From NCBI GenBank assembly GCA_010015585.1, contig ML975191.1: DNA of 34,231 nt. The stretch is one strand, 5' to 3'. Of the stretch, positions 12,033 through 22,769 are shown in pieces. The notes beneath the pieces are model-generated. The model was not told where the DNA came from. It worked only from the letters and a program-made list of their open reading frames with translations, and ran no database searches. The position numbers were made by a program, and so were the translations under genes. The DNA is from Eremomyces bilateralis CBS 781.70. Lineage: Eukaryota. The first letter of the stretch is position 1, and every line of letters starts with the position of its first letter.

Positions 12033-12184
12033 GTATATATATAAGATCTTTGCTACTGTGATTACTACTAATGAACATTTTTCTGCAAAACAGCCCACAA
12101 CTTAGAAATTAGCTGAGATTATGATCGTAATCGATTCTTCACACTTCATTCAATTATAATCAACTATTACAGCCCTCCCAAATA

Positions 12185-13765
12185 ATGGTTAGAGGGCGCA
12201 TGAGGGGGAAAGGCCCGCAGGCCAAAGACGCGTCCCCGACGCGTCCCCAGCAGGCGGACCACCCACGACCCAACACCCGCAACGGAGTAGGAGAACAAAA
12301 TGGACGGATGGATGAGGGGCGGATGCTCCAAATTATGGAAAACCATATAAAACTCGCGTTAGAGAGCTGCCGTGGATGGGCTAGGGCGGGGTCGCTCCGT
12401 GGAGTTCTTAAGGCTTACCTAACGCCCGTTCTCCGGCTTATTCCGGAGCTAGTATAGAGAAAGAGTATAGGAAAGGCGCAGGCGGGAATACCCGCCAGGG
12501 ACCCAGCGATAGGTTAAATATTAGAGCGTCTTAGACGTATTGAAGCTGGAATCGCGAAAGACCGCGGTCGCCCAGCCGCGGCCCTAACTACCGAGACACG
12601 AACCTAGAGTAAGATCGCCGTAGGGGGAAAGACCAAGGCGGTCGTTGAAGTACGCCTCTCTAAAATGGCAGGAGCCGTAGAAGAGACGACGGAAGAGAAA
12701 CTATAGAGAATCAAGAAGGTAATCCTAGACGCGAAAGCGATTATCCCCTACTACCGGGCAGCCGGTAAGGTGTCGGTCGTGGTTCCTACTACTACCCGAC
12801 GGGACTAGATTATCGCTACTGGAATCGCTAGGGATAACGGCATTAAACTAATCCGTCGCCCGAAGCTACTTATAGTAATGGGTATCCCGATTTACACATA
12901 GATTACAACCGGTAAAAGTAAGGGGAACACCGAATAGGCGAGACAGATGTCGAACTAAAACGCTATCAAAATTAAACGAATCTCCTGGCTCTATAAGAAA
13001 GAGAAGCTGGCGGCTATCCGGAATGCTGGGTCACAGACGAAGGGATCAATTATTATCGAGGTAGCTACCGAAACTGACGTGATACGTCTTATTAAGGACG
13101 GCTTCCTATATGGCGCCCTATAGCTCCTAGCCAAACTATAGGACGTTACTCTCCGGGCGATCTAGTGCTTCCGCTATTAGAAATAGGGCTATACGCAGTC
13201 CGTTTATAACGCGGACAGCGACACCTGTGGGCGCTGCGCAAAACACTACCCTATAAGGGGATATATAATACAAGACCTTTAAGAGGCAAGGTGCGCAGGG
13301 TATAAGAAACCTGGGCACTTTGCCTAGATGACCAGAAGCTACGCGGTATATAAATCCTTCGTAGCTGGCCAGCGAGCTATAGAAAACCGCCTTAATAAAG
13401 CTACCCTCGCCGTCTACCGGGGGCAAAACCAAAACCAAAACCAAAACCAAAACCAAAATGTCACAACCCACCAGTTCCGCCACGATAACGATGGATATAT
13501 CGTTATTAGCAACACCCAGAAGCGGAGGAGGGCGGGACCTAGGAGGCCCTTAGGAATCACGGTAGTAGCCCGAGCCCTAGGGTAGCAGCGACTCTAGCTC
13601 TCGGCTAGTTAACCGGAAGACTTTATATCCGGCATTAGTACTTCTACCTTTACGATACCTACCGGAAAGGATATAACCGGAGAGGACACGATATCTACCG
13701 AAAAGGACATAACCGGAGAGGATACGACACTTACCGGAAAGGATAATACCCCTAGTACTTAATAA
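12185..13765 (+). pseudogene. LINE ORF1 (gag-like, zinc knuckles), RIP-inactivated
   Basis: ATG at 12185; degenerate QCFRCQKWGHTQSVC knuckle near 13163-13207; (CAAAAC)n QN tract; many TAG/TAA stops. Confidence 0.85.
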
Positions 13766-16700
13766 TAGGGACCGGCATCCTCTAATATAACTGCGGTAAT
13801 GCGAACAACGACAAGGCTAGGGCTACCTTCGACTCGATTGACCCTACCCGGTTCCCTATACTTGTAATTCAGGAACCGATGGTCGCCGAAACCAAACCAA
13901 CAGTCACCTATACACCAAAGAATTTTCACCCAAGCCGACCTATATACTACGGTATACGGGTCGTCTTCTTTATCTACGATAAGATCCTTCTTACAGCTTG
14001 GGAATCAAAGCGAGCCTCCGACCACATCGAATGGATCCGCGTTATAACGCGTGACGGACCCCTCAACCTCGTTAACGTATATAATCCACCAGGGCACGTA
14101 GGCTAGCCACAGCTTGAGAAGTGGCCGGAGATCGTAGAAATTCTCTGCGAAATTGGCCAAGAGAACGTTATCCTCCTAGGGGACTTTAACTACTATTACC
14201 CAGCCTGGGGTAGAACCGGAACCCTAAAGGAGCTAAAGGTAGACTACCTACTCCTCTAAACCGAGTAAGCTAACCTCTAGCTCCTTAACGAGTAAGGGGT
14301 AATAATATAGAAGCGGAACTAAAGCTAGTCGGTTATTAACCTAGCCTTTGCCTCGCCGGAGATCGCCTTACGGATCCTCCTCTACTACCTACGGCCGGAG
14401 TAGTCTACTATAAAGGACCACTTTCTAATCGAGATCTAACTAGATGCTAAGGTTTCCTTATACTAGACGAGCCTAAGGTTCACACTCAAGGATGCCCCGT
14501 AGGAAAAAATCCGGGAAGATGTCTCTAGCTCCTAGTAGTATGTGCCAGAACCCTATACTACGATTAACAACCTTATTAGACTTCTTTACGGCACCTTAGA
14601 CAAGCACTATAAACGGGCGCGACCTTGTGACTAGTCTAGACCGGAGTAGTCACCATAGGCAGCAGAGTTCCTAGCTGGCGCCCGCTAGGCCCGACGCCGG
14701 CTCTAACGGACCTAGGACCCGGACGACGAACGAGACTAGAAATACTAAAGGAATGCCCTAAGGAGGAAGATGCGTAGTAACGGCCGGACGAGATAGAGAA
14801 AACTTATCTAGACACTTACTAAAGACGAGAATTACCCGGACTATATATATAACCGAGGGCTCTAGAGACTAAATAAGTAGAGCCAGAAGACCGCTAGGCA
14901 ACCCGGTAGGCTTACAGCTATCCTACTACTTAGGCGCACGGAGAACGATCCCCCGACGGGAGATAACTAAGGGAAAGCAGAGATCCTTGCTATAAAGTTC
15001 TTCCTACGGAGCGGTGCCGCTGACCTCTAAGATATAACCAACGAATAGTTCCCACGATTCGATATCGGGCAAGAGGTTACCCTAGATAAGATCACCCGGA
15101 TTATCCGCCGGCTACCGAACCAGAAGGCCCCCGGGCCTAACATGATCCCGAACGAGGTACTAAAGGCCCTCTCTAATATCCTAGCCGTAGACCTAGCCCG
15201 GACGGTCACCGCTCTCTTCCGAAGCGGGGAGCTACTAGCAGTTCTAAAGGAATCTACTACGGTGGTACTAAGGAAGGACAAGAAAAAGGACTACTCTCTT
15301 CTAAGCAGCTACCGCCCTATTACTCTTAAAAACACGGTTATAAAGCTAATCGAGAAAATCCTCGCAGATCGACTGATCACTGAAGCGGAAATACGAGATC
15401 TGATTCCCTAGAACCAAATGGGAGCTCGAAAGGAGAGATCTACTCTCTCCGCCCTAGAACTCCTTACCGGGACTATATAGACGGCGTAGCACGTAAAGAA
15501 GTCTGTGGTCTCTATACTTGGGCTTGACCTTGCTGGAGCTTTTGATAACGTCTCTTACCCCCGGCTGCTCTAGGTCCTTCGTCGGATAGGATATCCCGAA
15601 TAGATTATCTAGATAATCGCATCTTTCTTAACCGGACGGCGAACAAAGATTCTCTTCTCGGACTTTAAGAGCCGCTAGTTCGACACGGAGACAGGGATCC
15701 CGCAAGGCTCTACCCTATCACCCGCGCTGTTTATCCTATTTATTGAGATTGGAATATCTGTAGAGGCTCAATCTTCCACGATTGGAATATCTACAAAGGC
15801 TCAACCTCAGGCACAGTGGGTAAGGAACTCCATATAGTTCAAAGGAAGAAAGATAAGACGAAGAACGATACCAGCTGTAGCTGTTGTTCTCAGAATGACA
15901 GTCTAATATCTGTAGAATAGTTGAGTTGTGATTTACTAAATAACAGTACAGGACTGCTCATTATATAGCCTTCCTGCCTATCTGTTTGCAGCAAATTCCC
16001 TACCTTTGTCTTTAGAAGAATGTTCGTACAAAGGAAAGGTTGGTAAAAGAGATTGACCACCTTGAAAGGGGTCATCCAAACATCAAAGGATCTTGATGCC
16101 TGAGGCATCAAGTTCCACACAGGTTGGAAACAAAGACAACAGCTTGTCGTTGAAGACAGCCATGTCAACACTATTTATATCTAACCTACTATATCAGTTT
16201 AAGGATGTTCAGGGTAACGTGCTCGGGTTCGGGTTCGTTAATAATACTACACTGGTTACCTAGGGAGATACGGCAGTAGCTAACTGCCAACGACTAACTG
16301 CGGCCTACGATACTTGCCTGGAATGGGCGTCACGGTTCGGGGCTAAATTTGCCCCGGATAAGTACTAGATTATCTACTTTACTAAGAAACGTAATATTTC
16401 CGCTAATCTCCGGTCTACGATCTAAATATAGGGATATTAAGCTAAATTAGTTATATCCCTCCGGGTACTAGGAGTTTGGCTCGACCCTTCCCTCTTATAG
16501 AAGGACTATATCCTCCGGGTAATATAGAGGGGACTTAAGGCCTTCGACTCCCTGGCGAGGGTAACTTTATCGGTATAGGGACTATCCGTCCGGAAATCGA
16601 GGCTGCTCTACATAGCGGTTGCACGGCCTATTATAATATACGGCGCCCCTATTTGGGGAGTCTGTTAGTAGGGTGAGCTAATCTCTGAAGGCAAAATGAA

Positions 16701-17559
16701 GGACCTAGCTAAGGTTCAGAACAAGTGTCTACGAAAGATCCTAGGGGCTTATAAACGGACACCAATCGCCGCGCTTGAGAGAGAGGCGGACGTTCCCCCA
16801 ATCGAACTCTACGTCCAAGAACGGGCCGCCCAAAGAGCAGCATCGACGAATACCCACAAGATCACTACCTAGATTAAGGGAGCCCTAACGCAAGTCTAGG
16901 ATACTACTTCTGCTCCCCCGAGACGAACTCGAGGCCGACCCCGCCGTATCCGGTCTAAACCTAAACCCGCGATAAGTACGCTTCGGACCTAGTATAACAG
17001 ACTTCTATTCCCCCGGCCCGAACTAATTAGAGGATATTAGATATAATAGCGAAAAGGCCCGTACCGGATGATCTAGGACGAGTATCGAGCGAAATAGAGG
17101 GAGAGATAGTAAGCCGAAGCGGCCAGACTAGGAAGGAGAGTAAGGACATAGAAGGACCCGTAGGAAACCCAGTACCTTAACCGGTACGACGGCCTTTAGA
17201 AATACGAGGCCTCGGCGCTTATAGTACTACGGACTAAGGTAGTTAGAGTTAAAGGATGGCTCGCAAAAATTAGTATCCCTGGAATCCACCCAGCGTATGA
17301 GTACGGTGCCCCCCGACAGTCTCTCTACTATCTCCTTACATTTTGCCCGCAGCGGACCGACCAGAGGATCGAGCTCCTCTAACGAGCTGGAACAACGGAC
17401 TTTAAGAGGATATTGCATAACAGGGACAAGGTGCGCCACGCAGCAAGGTGGCTGATCAATGCGGGAGGCCTAGAGCAATACCGGGTGGCCAAGGAAGTTA
17501 AGGAGGAGGTAATAGAGGACTAGAAACCGTTCCAGCTCCTCCACGACGTGCCAGAATAA
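13765..17559 (+). pseudogene. LINE ORF2 (APE + RT), RIP-inactivated and interrupted by a solo LTR
   Basis: SYRPITL, LDLAGAFDNV, GIPQGSTLSPALFILFI; the catalytic FVDD reads FVNN (GTTAATAAT, about 16237-16245). Confidence 0.92.
15741..16170. mobile_element. Solo LTR (430 bp, Copia-like termini) inserted in the LINE RT domain
   Basis: T(A)TTGAGAT...ATGTCAACA termini (left TG altered to TA); 5-bp TSD CTATT; removal restores LFILFISN; internal TTGATGCCTGAGGCATCAA palindrome. Confidence 0.9.
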
Positions 17560-17791
17560 GCTCTCCGCGTAGGCGGAAACACCGACTCTTACGGATAGAT
17601 AATAAACGTTTAAGATAGTCTACTAAAGGGAGGAGGCGGGATTTTATATACCCGCAGCCTCAGGGCTACGGGGAAACTTTTGCCCGCGGCAGACCAGATA
17701 GAATATCGTGCTCATAGACCCGAAAGGGATCCAGATAGTACGTTAAATTGATTCTTATTATTATTATTATTACTACTAATTGTTCTCTCAG

Positions 17792-20136
17792 ATGGACAAA
17801 ACTCGGAACCGTCCCGCATGCGACTTGCAGGTCACGCCAAAGCAGGCATTTTCCGCGGGCATTACCAACCCAGAGAAACCATCGACGGGGCGGCAAACTT
17901 TCTTGACAAAGATAAGAGAACGGACGTCCTTGAAATTAGCCGACAGCTGAACATTCCCTACATCCCATATCTGCTGCAGTCCCTGCCCGCGGAAGAGCTC
18001 CATAACCTTCAGCGTAGCAGAGAATATCAGAAATTGCAAAGGCAGATAGATGGGGAAACGAAAATATTCGAAGTTACCAAGGATGCTGGAATCGCTAAAA
18101 CTAGATAGATTAAAACGGTTGCGGGCAAGCCAGGCCTACGATAATCCGCCCAGATACGAGCATGAGATATACTCTCGCTTCAGATTTATGCTGTCGCGAG
18201 AAAGGCGTCGCCTCGAGGTCAACTTGTTCGAAGAGGTGCCGTTAAGGAGCCCAATTGGTATGTAAGTTATCGAAGATCTCCTCACTCTCTACCTTCGGGA
18301 TAAAGAGGTGGAATTTCGACTGGGTTTAGAGCCAGACCGGTGCTTTTGTTCCCTGCCCAGTCACAAGTACGACTAGAGACATATTCTGGACTGCTACAAG
18401 GCCTATTACACTAAGATTCATGGATTCGCCGAGCTCTGCTTCCTTTACAATGTCTGGATTCATGACCGGGAGGAATGGGAGGGGCACTGCCAAGGCCACA
18501 TCGACTATATTGCCCAGTTTCCTATTTGGGTTGATCCGCTCGTATATGACGGAGTTCTTGCGGTTGCGGGATTTTGCGAGTGTTGCTTAATCAATCCGCG
18601 ATTACCAGCTTCTGCACGAATGCGTCAATTTCCGTGGCGCCATACCTGGTACCGTCATTATCAATCGCACTACGAGGATTCCAAGTTCGAACCGAAATGC
18701 CGCCATGGATCGTTTACTTCCCTCCTTGAGCTACAGCTCCACCTCCATGACCGCCACGGTGTGCGTATCCCTGAGATATCAAGGCAGTGTGGGCAAGGTA
18801 AGCGGCGCAGACCGGAAATTGCAGAACCTTACTTCCGCAGAAACTGCAAGCGACGCAAGGCCTGCAGTGACAACGAAGAGGAGCAGGAGACGACATGTGT
18901 ATTCCTAAATAGCACCGTTGATTCCATTGCCTCGAATCTAGTTGAACAACGCTCGGCAAAGTTGTCAGTAAGAACTCCTTCACCGCCAGCCGGCTTCGAC
19001 TGCGCACCGATATTCGACAGCGGTTGCTCTGTCTATCCTGATATTGATCTGGTAAACTCGGATGCTGCTTCTGGACCGTACTATACCTTGAGCGACGAGC
19101 CAAAACCCGGCCCTACCGACCAGGGTTCTCAGCGTATTCCTACGCCGGATTTCATTTCGGACGCTGAATTTATAGATATTGACGATTGTTCCGTTGATTT
19201 GGGAGATAACCTTGAATCAGCTGCTTTAATAACGGAAATCGAAAAGATCGACCTTACCGGCAGAGTTAAGATCGGAGAATTGGCGGACATGGTGTCTGAG
19301 CTAATCCAGGATAGAAGATGATCGCAAACACGATGGTAATCCGGCTGGGATCCTGGCTGAGCCGGATTTCGCTGCCATGTCCGGTCCGGATTCCGAGGAT
19401 GCTGCTGACCCTGAGAATGACACCTGCCTCTCCATTAAACATTTCGCTGGCCACAGGAGAGCTGATGTCTATGACGGCCACAATCGGACGGTGACGCTGC
19501 CGGATTATGCGTTCTCTAGTCTCAAAGGTGCTAGCGAGGTGCATAAACCTGATTATCTTGTGCTACGTGGAGCTCAGGGTGAGTAGCAAAACTTTTTCCA
19601 GAGGAGACAGAGTGGCTTAATTTGTTTTTAATGCAGACCATATCGCTACACCCGCACACGATGGGCGACGGGTCAGTGAGCATGACCGCGCCAATTGTGA
19701 ACAGCATGACAGCCGATCGCCGCACGACCGAGATGTTCCCATCGATCCACTGCTAGTATCGAATGGCGTTATCGCTACTTTTAGGAGTAGGTCTTCACCG
19801 TCGACTTTAAAGCTATATACAAGTTAATCAATTCTAGACAGCCTTCCAAAGGGTACAGGAGATTCTCCTATCGAGGGCATCGCCAAATACCCATTACTGC
19901 GGGTAGAAGATGATGAGGTGGAGTCAGAAGGTGACGAAGAGGAGTAAGAGGTTGAAGCTATTGTCGGTCATAAACCAACAGACGGGACGTATAGAGTAAA
20001 ATGGAAAGGATGGCCAAGTTCAGCAAACACGTGAGAGCCCATTGAGCACCTTCGAAAATGCCAGAATTTGATAGAAGAGTTTCATCGGCAATACTATCGT
20101 TGTCGTCAAAGGCCCAGAAAGAGGAGACGAGCATAG
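17792..20136 (+). pseudogene. DUF3435-type tyrosine recombinase, 3' exons: GH/Y motifs, Cys/His zinc-finger region, acidic linker, chromodomain, basic tail
   Basis: RMRLAGHAKAGIFRGHYQPRETIDGAANFL; LLQSLPAE; GFAELCFL..W......W..HC..H; AGFCECCL...RMRQF; LQLHLHDRHG. Stops and frameshifts at about 18106, 18263, 18374 and 19300. Introns 19579-19636 and 19787-19837 keep frame into the chromodomain. Confidence 0.8.
19936..20090 (+). pseudogene. Chromodomain (degenerate)
   Basis: EEE*EVEAIVGHKPTDGTYRVKWKGWPSSANT*EPIEHLRKCQNLIEEFH, with stops at 19945-19947 and 20032-20034 where conserved aromatic residues are expected. Confidence 0.88.
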
Positions 20137-20922
20137 AGAACAGGAGAGACGTTCCATATTCGTACCTAGCCCCGATCTCTCTCAGATCTGGGTGAAAATG
20201 CAAAGCTTGAGGAAGGATTCACTTATTAGAGCCTACTAGGTCGAATTCTCTCAAGGCTCGGAAGAGAATAGGGAGAGGACGTTAGATTAGAGGACAAGAC
20301 ACTTAGGATTGCGGTCTACTCTACGAAAGTACTCTTCATGACTTTCAAGAGTTCACAATTTAGACTATTAATAAGGATCGCAGGCTTTAACATTTAGCTT
20401 CAAATTCTAGAGCTCAGTGAAATGAGGTGAAGTCGAAGCGAAAAGCTAGGTTTTCGTTCGAGAAACCATCTCTATATCGCCTCCTTTGTACGATGAACGC
20501 TCAATCAGCGTGTACTCCATCAAAGTAGAAGTTATTCCGTTGAGCCTGACTTCCAGCTTCTCTAGATTGATCCGCCGGTTTTCGAGTCGAGTCCCAGCAT
20601 GAATCCTTACAGTCTAGGTCAGCTCCTATCCAGGGATCTTCAAGGGAGCATTACAGATCACTGTATCGGTTGAAGATTGCTGATGGCTTAGTGCTCATCG
20701 GGTTAATATAATCCTGTTTTACTGGGTCGCAGGAGTATCTCGATCATATGAAGGTGCAAACTTTGCAAAACTTGCGAAGAGCATTTCAAAATCCCCGGTA
20801 GTCTTATACATGTGAGTAGAGGGTGTTTCCTCTAATTGTTCCGGCACGCTCATGTGTTCCATCATGCAGGGGGAGATTACCAATGCATGGTCAGACAAAT
20901 TTTGTATATGCACCTACAAACA

Positions 20923-21651
20923 CTAAACAAATAGACACAAACTATGGAGGTAGTCCAATAATCGAGGAAAGGGTAACTCTGAATTGTCCTGGACGAAGCG
21001 AGCCGCTAAAACTATCTGCAGGCTGTGATTTGGCCGACGTTTGGTTAATGGTTTTGCCGCCGCTGGCGGTGGCTCAGCCGATTGAGCTGATTTGTTTAAA
21101 AGGTCTCCCATGGTCATGATACGTGGACCTGTGTCCCCTCTGACACATCCAGCTCCAAGGCGTCCGCCGTTCCCTGTTGTTTCCTTGTCGGTCGTCCGTT
21201 GCTGTTGCGTAGCACTGTCTATTTCATGGTTCTTGTTTTCAGTTCCCACATAAGTGTCATTCCGCGAACTACTTCCAAGTCTGCAACCGTGAGCTTTGAA
21301 GTGGCTGATTTTAGTACAGATATTAAACCCAATCGAGTTCAAATATATGTTTCCGTCCCTAAAGACCAGACTCTGAGCGAATTTCCAACTCTGAAGGCGA
21401 CAGTCTACCTTAGACTGCTCCCTTAATCTCGCTCTTATAATAGCATCCATTATACTCAAATCCCCGAGGGCTAGTTTGCAGATGTCGGTACAAATGTCGA
21501 AGGCTTGTAACTCGATGCAATCGGATCTTGTGTGCTGCGCGATTGTTCCTCTGCGGCGGGAGAATTCCGTTTCGAGGCCGGTTAGATCAGCTCGTCGTTG
21601 ATCTAGATCGTTGCTGATCCTACTTAGAATAGCTTTGAACGTTTCTGGCAT
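20923..21651 (-). CDS. Hypothetical protein (helical N-terminus); may be spliced and extend towards about 20420
   Basis: 242-codon ATG-initiated ORF with protein-like composition, convergent with the recombinase; no recognised motif. Confidence 0.45.
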   Translation of the reverse strand: MPETFKAILSRISNDLDQRRADLTGLETEFSRRRGTIAQHTRSDCIELQAFDICTDICKLALGDLSIMDAIIRARLREQSKVDCRLQSWKFAQSLVFRDGNIYLNSIGFNICTKISHFKAHGCRLGSSSRNDTYVGTENKNHEIDSATQQQRTTDKETTGNGGRLGAGCVRGDTGPRIMTMGDLLNKSAQSAEPPPAAAKPLTKRRPNHSLQIVLAARFVQDNSELPFPRLLDYLHSLCLFV

Positions 21652-21985
21652 GTTGGGATTCTAGGAGTGATCATTCGCGATATAGTAGTAAGTTAAATTG
21701 CTGGTTAGGCGGCCACGGTCCGAGATCCAAACACCGTCATTATTACAGCATAGCAAGCAATAGGATGATGACATCACTCGGCGATAACCGTTACCGTCTC
21801 TACAACTACAGCTTTCTCTTATCCATAAGTTTCCGATCCGAACCAGCTTATTATGATAGTAGAATGCAAACGCCAGGTCTTAACGCCAAATATACCAATC
21901 TACGTACTTCTAGATGGATATATATCAATCAGATCTAAATCAACTTCTTAGGGCGCAGACTCCACTAGCAAAACTTCTTCACAAC

Positions 21986-22118
21986 CTTCTATCGGCTTCG
22001 AGAACGGGTGCTAGGGGCTAACCATCCGTATTTCATTTCTTCCTCGAATACGTTAGCGGACTGGGATGCGGAACAACGAGGTGCTCGCACGGTGAAAGAA
22101 GTTAGAGCAAGACCCTGA
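21986..22118 (+). pseudogene. C-terminal TPR (kinesin-light-chain-like) fragment of the type found in fungal NLR-like proteins
   Basis: FYRLRERVLGANHPYFISSSNTLADW matches the R..VLG.DHP....S...L..W pattern. Confidence 0.5.
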
Positions 22119-22289
22119 CAAAAGCGGCTAGGATTGCTGTGGCTTGAGGGCACTCTTTTAATAGACCCAGCGGGTCCCAGTAAGTTACTGTACCATCGAA
22201 ATGTCCGGATTTGTGCCGCCAGCAAAGATCTCATTAGTCGATATTTGACGAGAGCCAGACGACTCCGGTGTCCTAGAGGAGGGCGGAGT

Positions 22290-22450
22290 TCCTCTCTGAG
22301 GGCTTTTACTACATCCTCTCTAAGGCCGCAGCGTAGAGCATACATGAGGTACGCCCTCAGCTGTCGAATATACTTCAGCGCCTCTTTGAAGCATCTCAAG
22401 GACGACCATCTCATTCTTCCATTTGGTAGCATATATATGGGTGCAAAATG
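22290..22450 (-). pseudogene. Possible degenerate ankyrin-repeat fragment
   Basis: Across frameshifts: ATKWKNEMVVLEMLQRGAEV and YLMYALRCGLREDVVKAL; abuts the LTR at 22462. Confidence 0.3.
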
Positions 22451-22461
22451 AGCCTTAATAG

Positions 22462-22769
22462 TGTCACAGAATAGAGGAAATCCCCAAGAATTATCCCCGT
22501 ATTGGTGATTATGTCACCAATGGGATAAATTCCGGACCAAGGAGGAAGATAAAACGCACGAACTCATAATGGAATCAGGGCAAGGACTGTAACGCGAAAC
22601 TCGGTTTATCGAAACAATACTAGGAAAGGGTCACGTGACGTAGGCACGTGACTTGGAGATGTCTCTGTCCTGTGTCCTCACAGATTAACAGCAGAGGGGA
22701 ATTCGGAGGTGGACCGGTTCACGAAAGAATAACTAGAGGCGTCTGTTCCCTGAATGGCGTTCCGTCACA
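22462..22769. mobile_element. Probable outer solo LTR hosting the nested LTR
   Basis: TGTCACAGAA...TTCCGTCACA imperfect inverted termini; flanks do not form a TSD (AATAG/CATCC). Confidence 0.45.
22512..22682. mobile_element. Solo LTR (171 bp)
   Basis: TG...CA termini with 5-bp TSD GATTA; shares a roughly 45-bp block (GTCACGTGACGTAGGCACGTGACTTGGAGATG core) with 33548-33756. Confidence 0.8.

Larger units (their letters stand above)
12073..17768 (+). mobile_element. Full-length Tad1-like LINE, copy 2, heavily RIP-mutated
   Basis: 5' UTR, ORF1, ORF2 and (TTA)n tail; TSD ATTACTACTAAT at 12061-12072 and 17769-17780. Confidence 0.95.

Noticed and set aside
13425..13458. (CAAAAC)n and other short tandem repeats as CRISPR-like or telomeric
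   Set aside because: Simple microsatellite within LINE ORF1, with no spacers, in a eukaryotic context.
15736..16178. 8-bp TSD CTATTTAT suggesting a hAT-type insertion
   Set aside because: Better explained as a 5-bp TSD plus an LTR whose initial TG was changed to TA; no hAT TIRs.
19936..20090. Chromodomain as the end of a chromoviral integrase
   Set aside because: No integrase or GPY/F sequence upstream, no polypurine tract plus LTR downstream, and it is preceded by spliceosomal introns.
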